Shown here in pieces: positions 37,351-49,780 of a stretch of 64,000 bases of DNA. A program made the translations under genes and the position numbers. The notes beneath the pieces were generated by a model, which worked only from the letters and a program-made list of their open reading frames with translations, was not told the origin of the DNA and searched no databases. How positions within the stretch are numbered: the stretch's first letter is position 1; each line of letters begins with the position of its first letter. Origin of the DNA: Amphiscolops sp. MND2022 (Eukaryota); NCBI GenBank assembly GCA_964187785.1, contig OZ076418.1, forward strand, positions 19,964,001 to 20,028,000, in the 5' to 3' direction.

Positions 37351-38204
37351 CCGCCTTGATTGTCGTGCAAAAACTCAAATTTTCTCTGAAATTTTAAATA
37401 GTTTATTCATACAATTTTTTTTGAATACACATGTATTTTGTAATCCATGTGTCATGTGTGTCCAAATCCTTTATTGAGAAAAATAAAAATATATAAAATT
37501 ATTTTGCCTTTGAAAACAAATTTCGCCACCTTCTTGGGCCCCGAAGATGTAACTTTCGCAATGTGAGGAAGATTTAAATGGCATAGTGGTCCAATTGGCA
37601 TAGTGGAACTGGCATGCTCTATTGTAAAATGAATTCCTAGAGAGCTCACTTCAACAAGTGGAAACTTTTGTATATCGAACAAATAGTTGTAAAAACAAAT
37701 AACTGGTAAAGTGACCTTGAAAACTCTTCATTAAAAGGTGTTGCTATCTTTTAGTTGTTGTTTTGCATCCATAACTGTTTGTTTATGTAATCTAATAATG
37801 ATCTTTTGGCAGTCTTCCCTTGTCTTTTACAAATCATTTAAATCATGGTTTGGGCCAAAAAAGAACCGCTTGGATTTGTACATGTTTGTGAAAGAACAAC
37901 AATACCGTTCAAATTCGCATTAAATGAACTCTTGATGTCTTTCCTTTTATTAAAAGATCCTTACAACTACCATAAATGCATAAACCAAATTTTAAACACT
38001 TTGAGGGATTTTTTGCGTAGTCTTTTCCGGTAGCCTTTGTCATTTAATTGAGGCTTGAAAGTGGTCGATTTCTTTGAAAGAAATCTGTAGGCTTTCTATA
38101 AAGGTTTCGAAAAATGTCGCAAAATAACTACACATTTGTTAATGATTTCGAGATTTTCTTCTGATGTAGTACCATATCGCCGCTTGTTTTCAAGAGCGAA
38201 TAAT

Positions 38205-39506
38205 TGTCGCAGGCTGCAGCCTGCGACGAGAATTATAGGAAATTCAGCACGAACACACTGAACTTAACCCCCCGCCAGGAGTTTTGCCGCTTTGAACCTA
38301 TAAGGTCTCATCAAACTTATCACTTTTGATCTGATCATTAGGTGCTCTGTTACTTACCTTAAACTATTGTTTTTATAATTTAACCATTCCGTGCCTGTTC
38401 AAATGTTGCAATGTTGTTGAATAAATTCGAGTTTGAGATAATGGTGAATTCAATGTAAAATTTGAATTGAGTAAATATTCTGAAGCTAGTAAATAAGCAA
38501 GCAATTAAATGCAAAGGAGGAAACTTGTTCAAACATACAATTGCTGTAGCTGTATGTTCGCGACGTCACTGTTAAAAACAGCCAATGAGAATGCTGCTCA
38601 AATAAACTTTCTCTAGCCGGACGGACTTAGCGTCCGTCAAGGTGTAATTCCAGTATTTGTTGTTTTTATCAATAATAATTACACGAAGTGTTGCTATTAG
38701 TTATATAAGCATGTAAAAAGTACACTTGGATTTAGATGAACGCTTTCGTACATGTCCGAAATTTTGAAGTCCCTTCGAAGCTCTTTTTGTAATATAACGT
38801 CAATGTGATGTAATTAGTACGTCACCCTATCGGAGCTGCTTGAAATCTCTAGATGCTAATATTAGAACCGTTACCTGCATAATTTTGCTTGTAACGCCAC
38901 TCTAACTACAAGTAGTGGGAACTTGTGACCAAAGGTACACAGTCTTTCAAAATTTGCAACCGACAGATTTACCATTATCTGCTGATATCATCGTTGTTAT
39001 TACAATCTCAATCTCCTTTTACCTGATATTTTCACGCTCTCTCTGTATTTATCAAAAATTTACTCTTGAAAGAGCAGATATCTTCCTAAATGGCTTCGAC
39101 TAGAAAGCTAAAGAGAAACGCTCTAGGCAATCAGACGTGATGTCTGACGTGGACAATGTAGATGTAATGATGGAAGATACTGAAAAAAAGACGAAGGAAA
39201 TGACCTGGTTGATAATAGTGCAAAGCTGTGTTCAGAGTCGAACAGACTACAGCAAAACACTCTTCTTGATGGCGAGGATTTAATGTCACTGCTCAATGAA
39301 AATAGAAAAGAGAAGTGTGAGACCAACATGGATACAACTGGAATGATTAGTGATGAATTACGAAGCTCTAGAATGTTGAATGCATCAGATCCTGTTTGAC
39401 TTCCCTGATACAAGAAGTCATTAGTACTGCAATAGCTGAGAAAAAACTTCCTTGATTTCAAACTACACTTAGTTTGTAATGTGAAGGAAATACCACCTTC
39501 AAGTAC
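38205..39506 (+). mobile_element. Solo LTR (family A), 5' part
   Basis: Starts TGTCGCAG, preceded by ATAAT (38200-38204). Carries the same ORF family as the family-B LTRs (ATG 39090, MASTR..SRQSDVMSDVDNVDVM). Confidence 0.8.
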
Positions 39507-41010
39507 TGTCGCAGGCTGCCGCCTGTGGCGGCATATTCTACCAGACTAAGCCGGACGACAATCAAAGCAACCCTGGACTGGGAGCGGTGCCCATATAGAA
39601 AACATTTTAACTCTCTGCAAGGCTTAAACAACAAACTGATACGCATTTATACATTTGAAAAAAGTACAATATCGATTTTAATCATCGTGTAACTTTTTGT
39701 GATATAACCAAAGGTCAATTTGACAGCAACATTATACTCAAGTCATTCTAAATACTGACTTTGATGTTTTTTTGTTTGATTTTTATTCAGTTAGTCCAAT
39801 AAATTGACAATGCGGCAGATATTTTCTGTGTAATGGCTTTGTAATTGTGTTGTAAAACAGACTCATAGGTGCTTTAATAGCTTGTATTACAGGCTAGAAA
39901 GAAGGAAACGCGTTCAACTAACTCAATGCAGCAGTCAAGTTGTCGTGTGGTCCAAACATATTGCAGCCAATCACAAATAAAAACAAGCCATTCACTGCAG
40001 TCATGCTTGGTCAGAATTAGTGATTAGTTAAATACTGATGCTGCTGCTACGTGAAATGTTGCTTTTAATCTAGAAATAGTATAATGCAAGTTAATACGCT
40101 ACTAGTTTGATGCTATTTTTATCGCCCCACCCAGAAGTCTAGTGCCCTTATCTATTTTTAGAACTGATGACCTATTATCGAGGCTAAAGATAAAAAATAT
40201 TTTGAAATATTCTCACCCTAATGTTAGCTACCTGACGTAAAAACATTGTGAGTGTCAAGAAGTTTAATCTATTTATACAAGGAAATCGTTACTGAAACAT
40301 TCATTGTTGCTGCTACCAATACTCACAACAAAACCGTACCATTTGATATTCTTTGAATCTGTCAATTTACTGTTGAAACCGAACCACTCTCTTCCCATGC
40401 CTTCGACAAGGCAGCAGAAAGCTGAAGGCAATCAGACGTAATAATCAATCGAATGTATGGATGTTAGGTTACGTAGGTATCCAAGAGATAACTATGGAAT
40501 ACCAGGAGAGAATAGTGAGAATGAGGTGGACCTAAGGTCAAATAGACAGGATCAAGTAATAAACCATGAAAATGGAGAATTCAGGTCTTACTTAAACACT
40601 GACCTTAGTGAAAAAAGTGGTTCACTGTAGAAACAAGCAGAGCGATAACTCCTGCAGTCACGTCTCAGGGACCAAGACAACTAGAAGAATCAAAATCTGA
40701 CCTAAACGCTGAGACTTTAAAAATAATTATCTAAGCTATAGCCGAAAAGGTGCTTCAATCAATAGAAAATGCAGTGAGAAGAACTAAAACTACTACAAAA
40801 AGGGACCTTCGGTCAGACGGACCGCATCCACATTCAAGCAAAATTGGCCAAACGGCTCAAAAATATGACGCTCGGCCAGATAGTCCGCATCCAAGTAAAA
40901 TTGGCAAAATGGCCCAGGAAGACTTCCCCAGGTTGATAACAACTAGTAGTAACCGGAATATTCACTGTAGAGAAAATTCAGGGGATTCCGATCAAAGTGA
41001 TGATGGTTAC
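39507..41010 (+). repeat. 5' LTR of family-B Gypsy (final bases and PBS apparently deleted)
   Basis: Colinear with 49781-51271 at roughly 75-80% identity by eye; homology stops at GATGATGGTTAC. Confidence 0.85.
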
Positions 41011-41079
41011 CCTACAAATGGTCCCTGAATTTCTGACCGGACGGTCCATGTAATCCCGAACTAAAATTCCCAATCAAAA

Positions 41080-41900
41080 CACTAACAATGATGACAAGCT
41101 AGATACAACTCCCTCAGCACAGCAAATAGCAGTCCATACTAACACCCAGGAAGCACCCCCAGGAAATCCGGTGGATCCTATTAATCGCCTCGCGGACGTA
41201 ATTATGGGGATGAACAACAAATCTTCACCACAAACCCTGATGACACGACCAGTCAGAACGACAAACACTAATGTTCCATGGCAAATCCGAAAAGTTTGAT
41301 TTTTTTCAAGATCTTTTTCACACAATGATAAAGATGCATCCGGGCATGACTTAAATATTGACAATCAATCATTTTCATTCACTCCTGTGCAAAACCTTAC
41401 AGACATTCATTAACACCAACTCGGCAAACTGAAAGACACTCGAGGACATATTTGCAGTCTTCGGCAGGAAATGCGTAAAACCTGAATCTCAGGCGACTAT
41501 CAAACACAAAGGCCTAAGTCGGTGTTTGACCCAATTACCATGAAACTGCTTATTTTTCATAATGAACTGAACCAAGTGGCTGAAAAACCTTTGATGAACA
41601 CGCACAAGCAATGTGTGATAGTCTCCCTTACGCAGGAGCTCACCCCAAGCCCAAAAACCTCAAATTTGACCAAACCTGATGAAACTTCCATGAGTCAAGA
41701 TGCCTCCATCAATAAACCTAAACAACTATCCCTAAAAACCCAAAAAAACTTCGTAACGACTCCATATTATAAAGAAACATCATGTCAGACACTATATAAT
41801 ATTTGACCCCTCTACTGTCTATTACACGTGATATTATTCATCACTTAAAATAAACTCATCAGCTGATTGGCAGCAGTAGGTGAAAAATACTCCCATTAAC
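41080..41900 (+). pseudogene. gag: Gypsy gag remnant
   Basis: PVDPINRLADVIMGMNNKSSPQTL, GKSEKFD.F.DLFHTMIKM, IDNQSFS/HSL region; frameshifted. Confidence 0.6.
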
Positions 41901-42201
41901 TTAACCACCTTGGACTGTCAGTCCGACATAGACTATGGAACTAGAATCTGAATCACCCAAAACTGACCAGAATCTTAACATCGTTTTGTCCAAGGCCCTC
42001 GTGGATCCTTGGCGAAGCCGATGGGCTGACTGTCATCTGAGAGCCCATGAAGAGGCTAAGGAGGAGTTTCCTCAAGACCTACCTCTGGGCACCTTGACCG
42101 CAACTGGGGAAGAACGATTTGTGAACACGCTAATCTCACGAGATGGTGAACCTGACTACGTTTCGTTAACATCAAATCTTGGACTCAAATAGAAAAGACG
42201 T

Positions 42202-42660
42202 ATGCTCTACTTTCAAATGGATTTTGGCAAACTAATAATAGATGGCCTTGTAGACACGGGAGCCTTATCTAGCTCAATCCCAGAAGGTGATCTACGTAAA
42301 ATCCGATTACTAGCCATTCTGTCGATCATAAAAGAAGTTGCAGCCCCAACTTTTCAAATAATGTTTGCTAAAGGACAGCTGGAGCATCCAAAGAGCATAG
42401 TCGAACTTCAAATTTGAAGTCAGGTACATCGATTTGAAAAAATTTACAAGCCCATTAAATGGTCTCTCGTCCCATCAACGGAACAATATTATACTGAACA
42501 TGCGACAGGGAGTCGTAAACTTCCCATTTTTTCTATGCAATTAGAAACGGGTAATCACAAGTGCACCAACGTCATGGATCCCATCTGTTCACAGGAGGAT
42601 ATAACTATTTCCCCTAACAACAGACACATTGTCTCGGTGTACTCCCAATTGTACAATCAT
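42202..42660 (+). pseudogene. pol: Gypsy aspartic protease remnant
   Basis: IDGLVDTGALSSSIP, with the catalytic DTG motif. Confidence 0.85.
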
Positions 42661-42664
42661 ATTT

Positions 42665-43345
42665 TAAGTACAAAGAATGTTAACAAAGAATAATAAGCTA
42701 AAGCAGTTCCGTTGAAAAGGGGGAATATTGCTTCATTCTGCAACCGTTAGCTCATCATCAATGTTCAATAATCCTATTTTGAAATCTTCGGTGGATAGGA
42801 CCTTACGTCATTGAAAAGTTCCTTCCAAATGAAAATTATAAAGTGCGAAGACTTAATTTTAACATATTGCATGTTTTACATTGCATACGATACTAATGAT
42901 GAAATTGTAATACCGCGAGTCGATTTATATATTCCTTCGTGAGAAACAGAATTGGAAGATTTCCAAACACATTCCCAACTAAAAAACACTTCCGTTGATT
43001 TTACTGCCGATTCTGATCGAAAGGACGCTATGAGTACTGATTTGGATCTTGGGTCCACTCGATTGAAGCAAGATACTAACTCAGCGGAGACTGAGCAGTC
43101 GGCTGAAAATACGGCTGATGCAGACCTCAGGTGAACTCGACCGCAACAAACAATTGATTCAAAAGGAGACCCTCAAATACTGGAAACTCTGATTTTCAAA
43201 TTTTTGAGGGAATGATACAATCGTGCTCGATGTATAGGACAAAGTAAATGATGAGATTGCTGTGAAAATGAAACTCCCAGGGGAGGAAGATATAATATTA
43301 GACCTAACCGTACCCTAAACTTCACTGAAGAATACAGATACTAGT
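42665..43345 (+). pseudogene. pol: Gypsy integrase C-terminal region
   Basis: Decayed GPY/F-like segment (RW.GPY.IEK.LPNENY.VRRL) joined directly to post-protease sequence; ends RYNIRPNRTLNFTEEYRY*. Confidence 0.65.
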
Positions 43346-43399
43346 CAGAACAAGTAAATTAATTGCCCCACTGTTTCTTTTTCTGAACAAAGGAGCCAG

Positions 43400-46300
43400 G
43401 AGCCATTTTAAGGGGCCAGGACTGACTTTATGTCTCTTCGACTGAACTGAAGGATTAGTGCCAAAAGTGACACGAACAGAGGACCAATAATACAGCAATA
43501 CAAACAGATAAATGCAAATAGATACATGAAAAAGAAGATGAACAAAATTGCAGTCTAAAACGATTGTACAAATTTACAAATAAATTTTAGAACTGCTCGC
43601 GGACGCAAGGTTTTCTGCATATTGTGTCAGCTCCGCTCCAGTCAAGAAATGGCTTGACTTTTTTGACTTTCCCCGACTTCTTGACACTAGAAACATCGGA
43701 TGTAAGCCTTAGATTCTGACACGTTCCAGCCTGGTCCAATTGCTCAAAGATACTAGCTCGTCCAAAGAAATCAACGCTGTCCCAAGGATTATTAGTATCA
43801 GACGTCCCGATGCCAACAAAAATAGGCTCAAGTTGCAGGAAAGCACAAATAGACTGATCAGTCGAGACTGACACTATGGTACGAGGGACGTTTTTGGAAG
43901 TAGGATTGCACCCGGAAGAATTTCATCGACAAACTGCTTGTTGTGTCATCGGAGTCAACCGAACCAAATTTGACAAGAAGTAAAGTCTTGAAGGGCTCGT
44001 CAACACACGAAAACGCCAGAGGAAAGAGTTTGTGCAGCAGCGGATGACTTTGTAGAGAAGCTTGGTCAGCAAGGAAGGCTACAGCGTCCTAAGTGTAGCA
44101 ACATAGGATACTTACGTCTAAGATCGTCGACAAACGACAAATACTTCTCGCTACATTCAACCTCCTGCTCGATGGAGAAGAAATTTCGGAATCAAGAGCT
44201 AACTGTAAAACAGTAAAGAGCGTGTGGAAGGGGGTCGTGCAACAGGGTATCCAAATCAAGGCTCCCAAGTCCTATCATCAGGTCGCTTTTAAGGGTCTGC
44301 TGGAGTTGACCGGAGTTAAATAGGAGCGAAATGTATCTCCAGGCGAATCTTCCAAACTTCTCTATGTTTTCCTTTCTCAGAAAGTCCAAAGTCAATCCTG
44401 CGTTCTCCTTTTCTCGACCTTTCGTCTTTTTCTGTCCTGGTATTACACGCTGTGTCAAGTCGGGTTCCTAATTCTGGAGATGAAGGCAGGGACGGTAAGT
44501 GCTTGTGATGGACTTTTTGTCAAGTTTCAGTTTGGCTGGCCAATCCATCATCAGGTAGATCCTCGGGAATCGAACACCTCCAAAACAGTTAAAATAAAAA
44601 CTGACACAACTGTCGATACACAAAAGGCTGCGCTCCTTGCAACCACTGAGGCAGATGGTGAAGCTGTGTGCATCTAAAAAACACAAACTTTGCAACTCAA
44701 GTCAAGATGACCTTAAGTCTACAAATTGAAGTCAACATGGAGCTTCTTTTGTGCATGAGTTTCTGCGATGACAATACTTCAACACGCGTAGAACTATGAA
44801 CGGCTAGAGGGAAGGCAGAACGTTTGTCCAGTAGTTGCACTAGCTCTAGCGAACAGCCGCTGCAGCACACAAGCAAAGGACTTTTGGAACATTCAGCCAA
44901 GAGACTGGTAAGCAGATTCAATTCTGCGAGAGTTTGCCCTAAGAAGAACCGAACCAAATTTGACAAGAAGTAAAGTCTTGAAGGGCTCGTCAACACACGA
45001 AAACGCCAGAGGAAAGAGTTTGTGCAGCAGCGGATGACTTTGTAGAGAAGCTTGGTCAGCAAGGAAGGCTACAGCGTCCTAAGTGTAGCAACATAGGATA
45101 CTTACGTCTAAGATCGTCGACAAACGACAAATACTTCTCGCTACATTCAACCTCCTGCTCGATGGAGAAGAAATTTCGGAATCAAGAGCTAACTGTAAAA
45201 CAGTAAAGAGCGTGTGGAAGGGGGTCGTGCAACAGGGTATCCAAATCAAGGCTCCCAAGTCCTATCATCAGGTCGCTTTTAAGGGTCTGCTGGAGTTGAC
45301 CGGAGTTAAATAGGAGCGAAATGTATCTCCAGGCGAATCTTCCAAACTTCTCTATGTTTTCCTTTCTCAGAAAGTCCAAAGTCAATCCTGCGTTCTCCTT
45401 TTCTCGACCTTTCGTCTTTTTCTGTCCTGGTATTACACGCTGTGTCAAGTCGGGTTCCTAATTCTGGAGATGAAGGCAGGGACGGGAAGTGCTTGTGATG
45501 GACTTTTTGTCAAGTTTCAGTTTGGCTGGCCAATCCATCATCAGGTAGATCCTCGGGAATCGAACACCTCCAAAACAGTTAAAATAAAAACTGACACAAC
45601 TGTCGATACAAAAAAGGCTGCGCTCCTTGCAACCACTGAGGCAGATGGTGAAGCTGTGTGCATCTAAAAAATACAAACTTTGCAACTCAAGTCAAGATGA
45701 CCTTAAGTCTACAAATTGAAGTCAACATGGAGGCATTGGTTAGTCCCTTAAATGGCATGCAAAGTAAATAGCTCTAGAAAACGAGATCCTCTGTCAGTGA
45801 AAAAAAGAATACTAACAGTCCAGAGCCAGGCGTTGGAAAAGTTCCAGTTTAGTAGGAAGCAGTTTGTCGCCCACAATCAACCACTCTAAATTCTGTTCCT
45901 AAAATAAACACAGCTTCATGTTATTGAACAATCAGAATAACAGACCTGAAGTAAAGGGGCGTGAGGGAATCACCCATTTCTTCACCGCTTGCATTTCTTG
46001 AAAGAGCGAACTAGAACTCAGAAATTCCTCAATTGAGCTCCAGTTAGACAAAAATTCCTGGCATAGGATGTGTACTTTCGCGAAGTCCAGCTTGAAAGTC
46101 CGAATAGCCTAGAAACAAAATAATTGGTTGAGCATCCATTTATGGTATGCGGAGTTAACAAGTCTAGTAAAAGTTACCTAACCTTTGACAGTTCAGGAGC
46201 GAATAGGACGCACTCAAGGTTGAGGCTGCCGCCAAGGGAACCGATGAGGTACTGGAGGACCGAAATGAAGTTAATTTGTCCAAAGACGCAGTAGCTTCTT

Positions 46301-48450
46301 TTGTGCATGAGTTTCTGCGATGACAATACTTCAACACGCGTAGAACTATGAACGGCTAGAGGGAAGGCAGAACGTTTGTCCAGTAGTTGCACTAGCTCTA
46401 GCGAACAGCCGCTGCAGCACACAAGCAAAGGACTTTTGGAACATTCAGCCAAGAGACTGGTAAGCAGATTCAATTCTGCGAGAGTTTGCCCTAAGAAGAA
46501 CCCCACAGAGCTGATTATTTTAACAAAACGTCAAGTGGAGAGAGAGAATTACGGCTGTCAGCTCAAATTCGATTGCATATTGTCCACTTGCAACGACGTA
46601 GTGCCCAATGTCCTCGTTCATTTGGACAAAGATGTGGTGGAACAGCACCTAAAACACAGATTAGGAATCGTAAAATAGCCCGACCGAAGAAATCAACTTT
46701 GATTCCGGGTATGTCAAGGAAGCCCTTAGTCAGGTTATATGCGACCATTCAATGGTAAAGACTTTATTTCATTCTACCGGCCTTGAACTTAGCTGGGAAG
46801 TGTTTAGTTAAAATAGAAAATAAAAACTAACGGAGAGTCTTTGCCCCAGTTGAAAGCTGAGAAAAGGGCTTTATGATTGACGACAAGTCCGACGTCCTTC
46901 GACGACCCCCTGAGGAGTCCAAGATTACTAATGGTTGGGAGGAAATGGCCAAAATTGCAATTTGTACTCGCACACGGTTTTCTGATGAAGACGTCATTTG
47001 AGTATTTCCCGCCGTAGCTTCGCAGTAATGAGGTAGTTTTTAGCCAAAATCTACAAACTCAGCACTGTTGAAGGAGTTGCATTCTCTACGAAGATCTTTT
47101 GGCTCCAGTATTTGTCCCTTTCCATCTCTGACCTGATGGTGAATGGTTTTTGTAATAGAATCCGCGACTGCTAAGTGCTCATAACGCCACCCTTGATCCT
47201 TGCGGAGTTGACAGAGTATTTCTTTAGCACCATGTCCATAAATTGAAAAATTCCCCCTAAAAAATTGACAGCAAAATTGGTGAGGATTCCACCTGGAATC
47301 CATAGGACCAGTGACAAATCTTCGAGTCCAAGCCACGCCGTTGAGCATTTCATCTCTCAGAACTTTGCTGGATCTCGCCAGCGCCTCTCGTTTGTTATTC
47401 GGCTTGGGTATCTGAACGGGCTTCTTACATCCCTTGCCCTTAGTTTTAATGCTACTTCCTGCTTACGTTCAGCTAGTGTCTGATTTCCGGGACTCTCACA
47501 CGATACTGCATTAGGCGTGACCTGAGGCGACTAGAAGACTATTAAAATGGACGGCCGAAACTCGACTAGAACGTTTTCCGAAAATCTCGAGTTCCCAAAA
47601 AGTTCCCTCCACTTGGAGTTCCACTGCGGAGAGCCCCATGGCCTGTGTCGCTAGCTTCTAGGGACGTCGGGTCCATCTCCGACTCTGAAGTGCAGAATTC
47701 CATTAGGATAGGGCGGTGAATTTGAGGCTTGGGAGAGTAATAAATGAGCGCGAAGTTAGGCGTTATTCAAACGTAAATTTTACAAAATGTAAAGGAGCCA
47801 ACCTGATGTCTTATCCATCTGGAAAAAGAGAATTCATGTAGCTTATTCTGATTCTGGAAAGACACGTGCGAATTGGGAATAGAAGTGATTCCTGCAAAAC
47901 TGATGACGAAAGGTCATCTCTGGATATATCGCTTGTAGATTGAGGTTGCTTTGTATAGTCTCAGAAGGACCAGGAAATCAGTGATCGTACTTGGAGAAAA
48001 AGACTGTCGAGAACCCAACTCCCTCAGAACAATGAATCTCTAGAACTAAGGTCCAAGGGACTGTAACTGGATACTGATGTACCACGAGTACTGCTACGGC
48101 TGATCCAAGGCTGTTGATTGTCCAAAAGGTAATGCAATTTCGAAGACACAAGATTATAAGGAATTGGAATTGACAAAATAAACAAACGAATAAACTGATT
48201 GGACGTGTGGGAGATGTTGTGTTAGAGTTCACCATGGTACTGATTATTTTACAATACCGATCGAAGTAATTAAACAATTACTATATATTGCTGCCACTCT
48301 CGACTTAACGTACGCTTGACTACACTCACTGTTCACAATACTGTGTAAAAGTAATTGCCTCGTAATGGAAGTCGTGGCTACATGCAGACTAACCCTACTT
48401 ACATTAACATTACAAAGACTTTTTGTTTTCCTATTACTCAATCTTTTTCT
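43400..48450 (-). pseudogene. Antisense accessory ORF(s) of the family-B Gypsy element, fragmented
   Basis: Chain of minus-strand fragments (47040-47348, 46174-46506, 45182-45448, 44697-45062, 44192-44458, 43587-43874) lying between integrase and PPT. Confidence 0.55.
43957..46502. repeat. Tandem duplication with internal deletion (A-B-A-X-B)
   Basis: A = 43957-44742 repeated at +990. B = 44741-44950 repeated at +1552. X (562 bp) is present only in the second unit. Confidence 0.92.
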
Positions 48451-49780
48451 CACATGTAAGTATGAATCTGCCAGTGATGAACTTGATTAAAACTGTTTAC
48501 TATTTGGCCTAACGTTGAAGTTCAACAACAATCCAACTATTCTTCTTTGTTACTATAATTCAGTTCCTACCAGTTAAACGGCATTTCATGAAGATTGGCT
48601 GATTTCATATAATCAGTAGTTTTAGTCAACTTCATTCAAATTTACCATGAATTCATCAAAGCAATCTGATTGGTCAGCCCAACTACTGCAGTCAGTCTGA
48701 CCGAGAGTCCTTGATGGACTTTGTTGACAGAAAGATAGTGATCGTAAACACTTTAGGTGCCTATTAACGGCTTCGAAGATGAAGAGAAAACAGTCTCATG
48801 TCAAGCTACTTGTAATAGAAGTTTACTGATGATTGAAACTCCTAAGGGGAGACGGCAATCAAATTTGGAAGCTTAGAGAAAGGTTTAGGGGAATTTCCCG
48901 CTTCAATCTTCCGCAAAACCTAAGATTAGACCTTAGGTCAGAAAGACTGCATCACATCATTCACCTCACAACGTTTCTAGATATCAGTCGAGCTAGCTTG
49001 AGCCAAAGCAAAATTGCGAAGAAACTCTTCCTTAATCGCTACTGCGGAAATATGTCCCTACAATTTGAAATAGAATAACACCCCAGCTCACTAGTCAGCT
49101 TATCATATGCGTCATCAGGGGAGGATATGGAAATGGAGGTAGATATGTCACGTCAGTGCAGTATCTACTGGAAAAAGAAAGCGAGGACGATGACATACAA
49201 GTATTTTCTTGTTACTATGAAAACCCTCTGTTCCCCCGCAGCTTAATGATGGGAGAGCCATGACGACGGATTCGACTCAAGGTCTTAATGACTTGAGTTT
49301 ACCATCTGATACATTCCTAGATGCAGCCGATACTTTTACAGAGCCCTCTGGTGAATGGATCGACACGATCCACCTCCTACGTATAGTAATCAAGCATTTG
49401 GAGACCATCCAACCGCAGTGTGCAGCCAACTCAACCCAGTGGTCGAATCGCTCGCCTAACCCTCGTTGATAGATCAAAATCCGTTCTACCATCGTGAAAA
49501 TTACCAACATCATGAGCAAAACAATGACCAGTGGGTGCACAATCCCCATATCACTGGACTAGTAATTACTGCAAGGGGTTCCTTTGGGCAACCCAACGAA
49601 GCGTAACACACAGGTTGTGTAATTTTTGGCAATCCGTTCCCCGAAATTAAACAAAAAATCACTCTGGGATACCTTGAGGGATCACACATCTGGGGTGAAA
49701 CTTATGATCAACGAACGGGTATAAGGCGAGCTTTTCAATCTGGACTGAAGTCGGCTTCCGTCATTTTAGTCCCAGGGGAG

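Noticed and set aside
40150-40200. CTGATGA-stem-AAA motif in both family-B LTRs (also ~50408) as a hammerhead ribozyme
   Set aside because: The required GAAA is CTAAA/CAAAA and no convincing stem I can form.
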